Positions 23,923 to 34,602 of a stretch of 64,000 bases of DNA are shown piece by piece. The DNA comes from Cystobasidiomycetes sp. EMM_F5. Taxonomy: Eukaryota. Location: contig JBPGPT010000011.1 in the NCBI GenBank assembly GCA_051047955.1, forward strand, positions 434,001-498,000, written 5' to 3'. A program made the position numbers and the translations under genes. Position 1 is the stretch's first letter, and every line of letters begins with the position of its first letter. The notes beneath the pieces are model-generated. The model worked only from the letters and a program-made list of their open reading frames with translations, made no database searches and was not told the origin of the DNA.

Positions 23923-25852
23923 CTAGAATCCCGCCTGCTTCTCTTGGAGCTCGGTCGGAGCTTCTCTTACAAACGATATGCGCTGCTGCATGCTCATCAC
24001 ACCAGCGAGCTCTTGTGATTTTGTCGCATTAGGATGTGCTGGAATTATGTTCCATGACTTCCAGACGTAGAACACACTCGATGGCAACGCTGGAACAAGA
24101 AACGACCAACCATAGAAGGCATAATTCAATGAGATCTGGCCTGCAGCACTGAGCGAGCGGCGACCTGTATATCGCATACTTGTCAGTCACAGCCTATATG
24201 CGGCGATGTATGGAAAGGCATACCATCGGCAGCCGAAAAGACAGCCCAGCCAAAGAACGCGACTAGCATAAAGACCTGGGCAGCCGCAAGGTAGTGTTTC
24301 TGTCGCAGCTTCTCTCGGAGTCGCTGCACATACTCAATCAGACTTGGGTAGACAGTCTCATCAAGGGTCTTACATTGGCTTTCGCTGCATTTCGTGCGCG
24401 ATCATTTACAATTGCCTGAAATTCCGGTGCTAGCATGGGGGTTGCTGCGTCCAAAAGACTAGCGAATGGTCTATCGGCCGGTAATTTGATGCTCGTGTCG
24501 AAATCGGGCGTCGTCGGAACAGCGCTCTGCACACGCGTATTGAGGACGATGTGTACAGGCATCTCGATGTCCGCCTGCGAAGACGACGAATCGGAGGCTC
24601 CTGCCAGTACACCATTTAGTACTGTATTAGCTAGTGAAAGTTGACGCTCCTTACTTTCGTAGCGCGCAATACGAGCTCTGACGAATCGTGTGAGAATGTA
24701 TGCCGAGACGATGGTGAGTGTGACAAACACACTTTGCCATACCGTATAAGCGATGCCTGAATGTCGCGATACTGAAAGATAGTGCTCCTCTACCGTTGCT
24801 GAAACCCCAACACAACGTCAGAAGGTCGACCATGCAGCACATACAGAAAACTTACCTAGTCTCTCTGACAATGCAGCCAAATCGCTTAGTGCAGAGATGT
24901 CACCTGACGCTTTGGCGGAGCGTATGATCTCGATTGCATTCGAGAATATCACGGACGCATCTGCCATGGTATCGCCCTGCTGCAATGCAATCGTAATGAC
25001 ACTGCCAAGAACGCTGCCGCAAAGGAGAATCAGGATAGCATGAACAAGAATCACAGATGGCCAAGAAGCTTTGCCTCGGGTCGTAAAGCTATTGAAGCTG
25101 ACGAGGAGACGGCGTATTTTGGGAACTATCAAGAGCATTGAAGCAGACAAGAGCGCGTATGACAGTACCAAAGGTAATGGAGCTAGAGTCTATGTGGGCA
25201 CAAGCAGATTTGACCTTTAGGCAATCTGCAGATCGAAAGGCAAAACGAGAACACTTACCCAGAATGCGCCAATGAAGGACGTATAGTATCGCCGAGTCAA
25301 ATTGACTCGTATGACTACAGTAAGGGCCAGCAGAACTGATAGACGCTGATGTTAGATTTCCATGCGGTGACCAGACATGAGTAGGTACCCACAGGCTGCC
25401 TCTTGAATCCAAAGGAGCGGGATCTGTCGATTCCAGTCAGCACTTTTCTCGGGCTGGAGCTTAGCATACGAGACGGTCGCACCCAGACCAGCGGATCCAC
25501 ATGTGAAGCAGCGCCGTCGTGTATGAGCCAACTGAGACACCGCTTGTATGCGCGCAGGCCCAGTCCAACAGCGAAGAGAAGGATGATAATGCAGCACAGT
25601 AGGCTGGAAACGAGACATTGTGCCCAAAAAGCCGTGCCCATGCCCGGGAAGACCTGTATAGCGGCTCCGCATCGTCAACATGAAACATAGGAGAGGTGAT
25701 GCCGACTCACTGAAGAGATAAACAGCGATTCCATGTAGTCAAATACGTTTACGTCGGGCGGCTTGATTTGCGGAATAGCTACTTTAGCTCCATCATCTAG
25801 GTAGCGACGTGTATCGACTAACCATGCTTGCCACGATGGAAGCCACGTCCAT
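23923..25852 (-). CDS. Putative 7TM receptor-like protein, family B copy 3
   Basis: MDVASIVASM/PPDVNVFDYMESLF...WLIHDGAASHVDP...LPADRPFAS...FQAIVND...FSAADG...WSFLVP. The spliced frame appears intact. Confidence 0.75.
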
Positions 25853-26360
25853 TGTTGTGTGCGCAGCGTCAGGTGTATCTGCTTCGTAACAGCCAGGAAA
25901 CAGTGATGCTGACTAGGTAGTGATCGCAGGCGCGACATGGAGTTGAAGGGACTGGAATTTGACAGGGAACACGATTACTTCAGACCTTGTGGTCGTCAAG
26001 GACAACCACTAAGCGCGCGTCAGTAGATTAGGAGCATTTTGACGTTCAACGGAGGCGTTTCGGACCGTTAGGATGGGAAATTCGTCACGTCAGCCAGAAG
26101 CACGTGAGTCTTCGCAATCACAACGCGTAAATTATCTGCAGACTATCGCATAATTAGACAAACATCGCGTTCGTCATTAAGTTGCCTGCGCTCACTGGAA
26201 ATTGCATGTCGTAAAGAAAAACTCACGCGCAGCGAGACCCCGTATACGCAAATGAGTAGCACGAAGGGCACATTCTGTCATTCCCTGCTCTATTTTATCC
26301 CCATGCAGAAGTATGTTCGCCATTAGCCCGCACTCTAGAACCTCGCTCCGCCTCTTCCGA

Positions 26361-28297
26361 TTATAAGGTAGGCATATCGGACTTTTCGTCATCCTCGACT
26401 TCCTCCGCAAAAGATATCCGCTGTTGTACTGCTATCGTTGTTGCCAATTGCTGCGGCTGGCCCGTAGACTTGATTGAAATTGGTCCAAGCGACTTCCAAA
26501 CATACAGCATGCTAGATGCGAGCGCAGGTACCAAAAACGACCACACATAGAATGCATAGTTCAAAGATACTTGACCAGGGGAACTGAGCACTCTACGGCC
26601 TGTCAGCAGAACATCTTCAGCCAAATAGTAAATGCTGATAAAGGTGCGCCCACCGTCTGCAGCAGAGAAGGCTGCCCATCCGGCAAACGAGAACAGCATG
26701 AGCACATGCGCTACCATAAGATAGTGCTTTTGACGAAGCTTCTCTCGGAGACGCTGGGAGATCGACTGAGCTCATTTCCCCATTAGATGCTATTGCAGGA
26801 GACGTACTTGAGCTTTGACGGCGTTGAGGATGCGGTCGTTGATAATGGCTTGAAACTCCGGCGCAAGCATGGGCGTTGTTGTATCTATGAGGCCGCCAAA
26901 GGGTCTGTCCTTCGGCAAGGCTTTGAAGCGGGTGTCCAGGATACTGTTCCGTGGATTGTCAGGTACCGAGTTCCGATGGAGAACGACATGGACCGGCAGC
27001 TCTGCGTCTTCCAACGTCGAAGATGCTTCCGGTGACCCTGAATGTTCGCAAGGTCAGACAACTTTTGTTACCTCTTCGTCTTGTGAGCGTATACATACTC
27101 TCGTATCTCTCGATGCGAGCAAGGATGAATCGCGTGAGAAAATAGCCAGGAAGGAGTGTAAATATCACAAAGACGCTCATCCAGCAAGTATAAGCAATCC
27201 CAGAAAAGCGCGTCGCTTCCGCGTTGTGTTCATCAATGACGGCTGTGGTACATTTAGCGTGCGTGCTTAATGCGCCCTGTTCGACGAAGAACGTACCCAG
27301 CCTATCCACGATTGACGACAAATTGGTCAGAGCAAACATATTACCAGACGCTCTTGCAGATGTAACAATTGATATGGCATCCGCAAAAGCCACAGACGCA
27401 TCTGCCATAGCTTTACCATGATGCAATGCCGGTAGGTAAACGCTACCTAGTACAGCTCCACTTATGACGAGCAGTATGCCACGGACGAGGACGACTGACG
27501 GCCAGGACCTGCCGCTTCGGATTGTGAAGGTACTGAAATTGACCAGCTGACGACGTATGACTGGGACACTGACGAGGAGCGAGATAGATAAGAGAGCATA
27601 CGAAATGACCAGCGGTAGCGGAGCCAGAACCTGTCCGGTGGCAGGATCGGTGAGGAATGCATTCGATATTAGTGCAGGCTATTCCGTACCCAGAAGGTCC
27701 CTAGGAACACGCCATATTGTCTTCTGGTCAGGCCAGCGTGTAGCACGGCTGTCAGGACAATGATGACTAGGACGAGACAATCAGCCGAAGGCGAAACCCG
27801 ATCGCCGATCATGGTCAGCGACTTACAAGTTGCCTCTAGTATCCAGAGGAGTGGAATCTGTACAGTCGATTAGTAGACGAGTCGTCTATCGCCGGTCTAT
27901 CGGAAGCTCATACCCATAAGAGCGGATCCGCGTGCGATGCTGCACCATCGTGTACTAGCCAGGTAAGGTATCGCTTATGGGCGCGCAGTACCAAGCCAAC
28001 GGCGAAGAGTACGATGATGAGAGCGCTGAGAAGACCAGCGATGAGGCATTGTACCCAGAATGACGTGCCCATCTCAGGAAAGAGCTTGAAAGCAGACAGT
28101 TAGTCCTTGAGTGACGGAACAAGTGCACGGCACTCGCTTGGTAGACGAACAGGGATTCGACATAGTCGAAGATGTTTACGCCAGGAGGCTGTAGCGGAGT
28201 GTTGATGAATGTCGGCAGTCAGTATATACCAAAGGTGGAGACACGCATCTGGCGTTCCACAACTGACCATGTCTTTGAGAATGGAAGCGACGTCCAT
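26361..28297 (-). CDS. Putative 7TM receptor-like protein, family B copy 4
   Basis: MDVASILKDM/PPGVNIFDYVESLF...WLVHDGAASHADP...LPKDRPFGG...FQAIIND...FSAADG...WSFLVP. Closest to copy 3; GC donor at 28137. Confidence 0.75.
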
Positions 28298-28581
28298 CTT
28301 GAGGGAAGCAATGAGCGTGATCGTTTGAATGAGTCGTTATATCGTGTCGTCAGTGTTTGAGCATTTCTTTTCGTCTCCAAATTCCGTCAGCCAGCTCGTC
28401 AGAGGTCAAGCCACTCCCCTATTTCGTCTTAGCAAATTTTCATACCACAGCTGTCACTCTCCGACACGGAGTACGCCGTGTGCGTCGAAAATGTCTCGGA
28501 GCGCAGAAGATTCACACAGAGCCGTTTGACAGGGGAATGTCAGGAGAGTCACGTGGGGAAAGGCGCTTTGGTCTTCCGGAG

Positions 28582-29690
28582 TTACAACGCGTAGAGATTG
28601 AGTGCTCTGAAAAAGTGGAGATGATGGAAATGAAACAGTGTTAGCGAAAGCAGGTACTGCCGTCGATGCATGCACGCTCACTGTAGAACAGGTTCGCGAA
28701 GGTCACGATGATCGTATGACCCAACGCTGAGACCGCCGGCATCGACGATGAAGTGCCGGCCTGTAGGATGATATGTCTGGGTTCTTGGCCGTCTTGGAAA
28801 GAATAGTACTGGCTCTCGCTCACCTGTACTTAACGGCAGATCACACCACCTCGCCCAGAAGCTCTGCAATGGACGCGAGATAGAATGTCCAGTTTTGCGG
28901 GAAGATTCACTAAATACACTTGGCGCTCACCTTTGAAAAATGACCGTGTGTGACAATGAGCACATCCCCGCCCTGTTCGCCCGCCTGACATTTGCCTGCC
29001 TTCACTGTTGCCCAATACTGCTGATGGACTCTGCGGACTTGAGCGACGACATCGTCCACACGTACAGTCATCTGCGCTATCGACTCTCCTCCTGGGCATC
29101 CGTCTTTGAAGATGTCCCAGCCTGGAACCTTTTCGTGAATGTCGTGCGTTGTGATTCCCTCGTATTCACCATAGTCCCATTCGCTCACGCCTTCTGTCGT
29201 GTCTGTGGGTATTGAAGAGATATCTTTGCTGCCCTTGTACTCTTCGAATAGCAGATTAAACGTTCTTTGAGCGCGTTTACGTGGAGATACGATGATTTGG
29301 GACAGGGTGTTAGCTTTTGGAGTCGAAACGCACAGCGCAAGTCAGTGCAGATACACGACAGCTCCATCGAGTGTATAGCGTACGGTCAAGGACCTCTATA
29401 GGGTGTCCACCCCAAATCAGCACTGACTTCACTGCAACTCAGCTACTGCACGTCAACCTACTGCCATCACCGACAATCTGCGACCGCAAACGCGAGAGGA
29501 CGTCTTCGCCATTCTGCGTCAGAGGGATATCCGTCTTGCCCGTCTGCCATCCATGAAGCCGCTCAGCATATCGAATATCGTTACAGTGGCCGACTCGACT
29601 GACATGCTGGCCAGACAGCGACCATTCAGTCTCGCCGTGCCGCACGAGGTATATCCTGGGCATACGAGGGATGTGAGGCTGCGACGGCAT
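28582..29690 (-). CDS. Histidine phosphatase (phosphoglycerate mutase family), sedoheptulose-1,7-bisphosphatase Shb17-like
   Basis: [66 protein letters not shown]. Confidence 0.88.
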
Positions 29691-30038
29691 GGCTACACGA
29701 TGGACATGGACAAGTCTGGCCAGGTTGCAATGCCCGATACTCGACTGAGCTGATCGATGCTGCGATGCCTGGCCTATGCTGCTGTACTGCTCTGTAGTCT
29801 CGTATAGACTCGTGAAAAATTACTGCGCGCTCACTGGCTCCCTTCAATCACGACTACCCTCTTTGCCGAGTCTCTCAAGCTGTCTTCATGCAATCAGCTG
29901 TGCAAGCGGTGAAAATTGAATTGAGAATTGAGCTGGCAAGGACAGCATACCTGCGAGTCCGTATAGGCCAATTTGCGCCTCTCGCTATCGCTTGAATCTC
30001 TGACAAACAACTCCGCACACTCGCCTCATCCCCACATC

Positions 30039-30554
30039 ATGCCCAATTTTAGTATGCAGAACCAAAGCGTCTGCTCGCGCTGCAGTGCTCGCATAGACAC
30101 GTGCAAACCTTGCAATAGTGCAAAATGCAGAGCTCGCCGCGGTTCACCGCAGGGAGGGGGCTCTGCCTATTGCGGCATTGTGAAAAACAGAAAGACAAGC
30201 CACAAGCAGTCTCCGCTGCGCAACGTTGCTTCTGTCAACGGGAGCAATGCATATCCCACACCACCATCGAGCCAGGCCTCTGTCTCTGACCGCTCGACAC
30301 CAACACCGTCGCCAAAGCTGCGGCCTACTAAGGCCGTCATGAGCCTAGCTAACCTGACTCCTTACCAAAGATCTCACCCTTTAGCGTCTCTAATAGACTG
30401 GACTCTACTTAACACAGACATTCGTCCTATGCAGCAATATTGCACATGCATGTGGTGCGGAGCAAGTATGAAATGCACGCATACCATCGGGCAACATGTT
30501 GGCTGTTGCAGTCCCAACTGCATGTGGCTTCATTGTAATCGTGCAAGAGCATGA
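30039..30554 (+). CDS. Small intronless Cys-rich zinc-finger-like orphan, family C copy 1
   Basis: N-terminal CSRC-x9-CNSAKC, S/P-rich linker, C-terminal CTCMWC...MKCTH...CCSPNC. Confidence 0.6.
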   Translation: MPNFSMQNQSVCSRCSARIDTCKPCNSAKCRARRGSPQGGGSAYCGIVKNRKTSHKQSPLRNVASVNGSNAYPTPPSSQASVSDRSTPTPSPKLRPTKAVMSLANLTPYQRSHPLASLIDWTLLNTDIRPMQQYCTCMWCGASMKCTHTIGQHVGCCSPNCMWLHCNRARA

Positions 30555-31060
30555 GGTTCTTGCTATCCATGCAAGAGCTCGCGAAGCAGCTAGGCAGTGA
30601 TTTCTGCAGAGTACGCAGTGTGTGCTTGTCGCTCATTATGCATGCAATGGACGTCGATCGTCCTCTTGCACATTACACTGATAATCAACGGGACTTAGCA
30701 ATCAAATAATTTATCACACTGAGTCTCCAACTTACTCGACGAATACTAGTACTTCTGGCACAATGTTTATATTTCTGTAACAGGCTATGCGCGCTGTGCC
30801 ACAAGCTGACAAGAGTCTGTGCATTCTGCATAGCGCACCTGTGCATCCTGTACACACGTGCGAGCGGTGCAATCCGTACCTTTGTCAAACGTGTCAGTAC
30901 CTCGTCTGAGAATGGCTGCATCGAAGATAAATTTATGGCATACGGCGGGGATCTCTCTCTCTCCTCCCCATTCATCCAGTGTCTCCTCCTTCCTGCCTTC
31001 AGTGATAAATCCTCCATAGCCATCGCGAGCACCCCGATTTTCCATCCAATACGAGAGAAC

Positions 31061-31962
31061 ATGGCGAAGGCATGTCCGCGTTGCGGATTGGAACTCGGTC
31101 CATCCCACCAGTCTTGCCGATCGTCGCGACGCACGAAAACTGAAGCGAAGAAACCTCAACAAGGCGCTGTTCAGGCCGGAAAAGTGAAAAAGGCTTCCTC
31201 AGCAAGTTCAGTACCTCAAGAAAGACGGCTTCGTCGTTCTAGTCTCCTTGCCACTGAATCGCAGCAGTTAGCTTCTGCATCTTCCTTGAATTTCCAGGCT
31301 TCCTCTACGGCGCCTCCTCGAGGCCGAGGCACACAGTAGCCCGTCCAGTGTCCTACTTGCTCTGGGCCACTTGACAATCCTACCCGCGTATGCCAAAGGC
31401 CTGGATGTGGAAGACTAAGCGGACCACCAGGACGGTCTTTCCCGCAGTCGCGTACTCCGCCTCCGCCGCCTGCCATTTGGGACCCTCTTGTCCAGGAATT
31501 TTTTTAGAAAGCCGTGGCGAGACCCCGCAAAGGCGACCTCCATCACGTCGAGGTTCGCCAGTACCACAACTTCGACACGTCGAATCACTGCAGTCTATGG
31601 ATGCGTCGCCAGGGGCGGTGCGAAATCCGCGTCATCCACTAAATCCCAATATAATACGCTCACCGCAGCAGTTTGTAGGATATGGTGCGTGGTCGTGGTC
31701 ATTGGGTAACCCGCCTGCAACCAGTCTTACCTCGTCTACCGGGTCCAGTTCTCTGCAATCGCGGTTCTCTCAATCGACACAGGGCTCTGTGCTGCGCCCG
31801 CAGATGAGGCCCTCCTCATCGGGCCATCCGCAGTATCCCCCTGGTCATCCTCTTCGCGGTTCGCATTCATGCCCTGTATGTCACGCTGCTCCTGTTTTCG
31901 ATGCGAACGCATTCAACGGGACCTGCAGTGCATCTTGCCAGGCTATGCGCCTATTGTCATAA
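31061..31962 (+). pseudogene. Interrupted multi-zinc-finger orphan, family C copy 2 (in-frame TAG 31337-31339; frame change near 31500)
   Basis: CPRC...HQSC, then TAG, then in-frame CPTC-x10-CQRPGC. The frame changes at T7-AG and ends in CPVC...CSASC. Confidence 0.55.
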
Positions 31963-32096
31963 GCAAGGAACTAACGGCGAATCGGTGCGCGAGAATGCTG
32001 TATCTAGTGCTTTTCAGATACGGAATGCTTCAGAGTAACATACTGCTACTATTGCTTTTCGTCTGCTGACATCGCACTTCCCTGATCTCATTGAAA

Positions 32097-32760
32097 ATGA
32101 GCTCCAAATGCAGTGGACCGCATCCGACTTGGGGCGAAGCCTCTACAGCCACCGGGCTGTGTAGCATCAAATCAGTCCGCCTACCAGCAGCATCGAAAGC
32201 GGCTCGTCGCTCTACTCCAGCTTCTCCTCCTGCTAGACTAACGTACTTCCCACTCTGCACATTTACCCGTATACGATGCCCCACATCAAAGTAGAGTATA
32301 TGCCAAAGTATACCAAGCAGCCCCCGTAACGAGCACATCTCGCGGACCGATACAGACTGGTGTTCGCAAGGTATACCAGCCGACCAACAAGGCTGGTGTA
32401 AGGTCGTGCCAGTCATCTTCCTCCACGTCTAGCCCACTCATTCCAGCAAGTTCTGCAAGGAAGCTTGCTTGCGCCTCGAGGGGCACAGCGCCGATGGGTT
32501 CCGGCATCGATGCATCCGCCCCGTACACAGATACCAATCGCGTTTGTCTATGTCTCTTCTGTAGCCGTAAGATGCAGTGCACCCATGATTATACGTTTAG
32601 ACAAGCGCACGATGGCACACACCCTGAGTGTTTCAAACACTGGGTAAATCTATCAATTGATGGACAAGAACGGCTCGTGAGCCAGAGCGCTGCTCTACGC
32701 CAGCGACTTGGCAAGCCCTGCTCGGCTGATAACTTCGAGTGCAGCGATACGACAAAATGA
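32097..32760 (+). CDS. Cys-rich orphan, family C copy 3 (needs a 52-nt intron 32243-32294 or a frameshift)
   Basis: C-terminal CLCLFCSRKMQCTH matches copy 1 CTCMWCGASMKCTH. That frame is open 32242-32760; the ATG at 32097 is in another frame. Confidence 0.45.
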
Positions 32761-32944
32761 CAACCCTCAAATATCAGCGCCGCAATTCTTACGACTTCGG
32801 CGATCTGTGATGCTATCAGTACGAGCACTGGGACAAGTCTGAGCTCCCGCGTAGTCCCTGTCTGTTTCTCGTCGACTAGCCAAAAGCACTCGGATTGCGT
32901 CTCTATGTATGTACTACACGCCTGTTCCGATGATTTAGCTCTGC

Positions 32945-34162
32945 CTACTTCCAGTCAAACTTTGGTTGATAGCCTAGCTCTATCTTTGCCTTGTCGATAC
33001 ATAAGAGCGTGTCATTCGGAGACTTGGTAGGCGTGTATTTTACTCCTGGGAAACAAGCCTTGACCAGCTCATCGTTGGATTTGCGCATACAGGTATTTCC
33101 GTTTGCGATGAGGTACTGATGGTGGCCCTTCTTGTCTGATTTCAATGCAAGAGAGATTGCCTGAGCACCATCTCTGGCGTCGATATACCCTGAATATGGA
33201 TATACGTCTATAAGCCCGAGGCGCGTGATTCATGAAGGTACTAGCCTACCCCAGCAATTCCAATGACGGAGCTTTGGATCATCTTGCCAGTTCTCAAAGT
33301 CTGCATACTCCTCTTCCAGCATAACATTACTGAATCTCATGCTCATTATCTTGAGCTCCGGATCCCAGCGGGTATACTGTTCAGACATTGTCTCGCCGAC
33401 CAACTTGCTTAGTGAATATGCAGATTCTGGACGTCGTTCGTTTCTGCGTTACAAAGTAAGAGTGTCAGCCTGTGCTGTAGAAGGTTGAGTAGCGTAAGCT
33501 TACTCTTCGTTGATTGGGATGTATTCTGGGGGATTGATGAATGGGATGCCAATCAGCGTTTCGGAAGATGCTAAAACAACATTGGTGATCCGCAGTTTCC
33601 TGCACGCTTCGAGCACGTTGTATGTACTGCAGCCGGAATGAGTACAATACCATCCGCGGGTGTGCGGGAATTCTACTCACGACATTGTATTGATTCTGAA
33701 CTGCTCAGAGCTGCTAGTCTGACCCGGACTGGGCAAAGCAGCTAGATGAACGACAGCATCGACGCCAGAATAGCCCATATCGGTAGACATGAGGCCCTCG
33801 ATGACGCTGCCCATGTTTGCTGGTGTCACTCAAGAAAGTCAGAACCAAGTTGCCGAATGATTGGCATCAGCTTACTCAGGTCAATGCCCATAATCCTGTA
33901 AGCGGGTGTACCAGTCTTGCCGTCTTCGCTTGCGCCTGCGGGTCTCCGCATATCGAAGTTGATGACTTCCCAGCCTTCATCTGCCAGATACTGAACGGTA
34001 GCTCGGCCTGAATTATTCTCAGACACGTATAACGTATGACGAGACCACTGTCTACCCACCCAGCTTTCCGCTTCCACCTGTGACCACTACCCTCTTCCTG
34101 TGGGGACGATCGTCAGTCTCTCCCAGCGAGAGCTTGTCAGTGAACGAGGGAATGCGGGACAT
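32945..34162 (-). CDS. NAD-dependent epimerase/dehydratase (extended SDR)
   Basis: RVVVTGGSGKLG, DAVVHLAA, LASSE, YSLSK, WGYIDARDGAQA. Six exons. Confidence 0.92.
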
Positions 34163-34602
34163 GTTGGAGTTTAGTGAATATCAGTTGTAAGTGTTGTATG
34201 AAGGTGAACAGTGATGCTCGAGTAATTCTACAAAAACTACTCCTACTCCGTTGCATGACGCGCATCGGCGACTTTTCTTCTTCTTCGGCGCAAAAGAAAC
34301 AAGTTTTGAATCTGCGCGTCGAGAAATGCTTTTACAGACTTCAACAGCTGCAATATGACCAGCAAATACAGAAGCAATCACAAACCAACTCGCAGGCTCC
34401 AATGCATTCATGCTGCCGTAAAGCGCTACAGACCGTTTGAACGGCAAAAAAGGCTGAGCTCAGATGGCTGGCTGTTGTCTGGCGGGACGAGCGAGCTGGG
34501 CTCACGCTGACTGCTTGGGCTGTCCATAATGCTTGCTGGACTGCGACTGACTGCTGAATACTGCTGCTGAGTCCTGACGAGACGCTCTCGATAAACAGCC
34601 TG

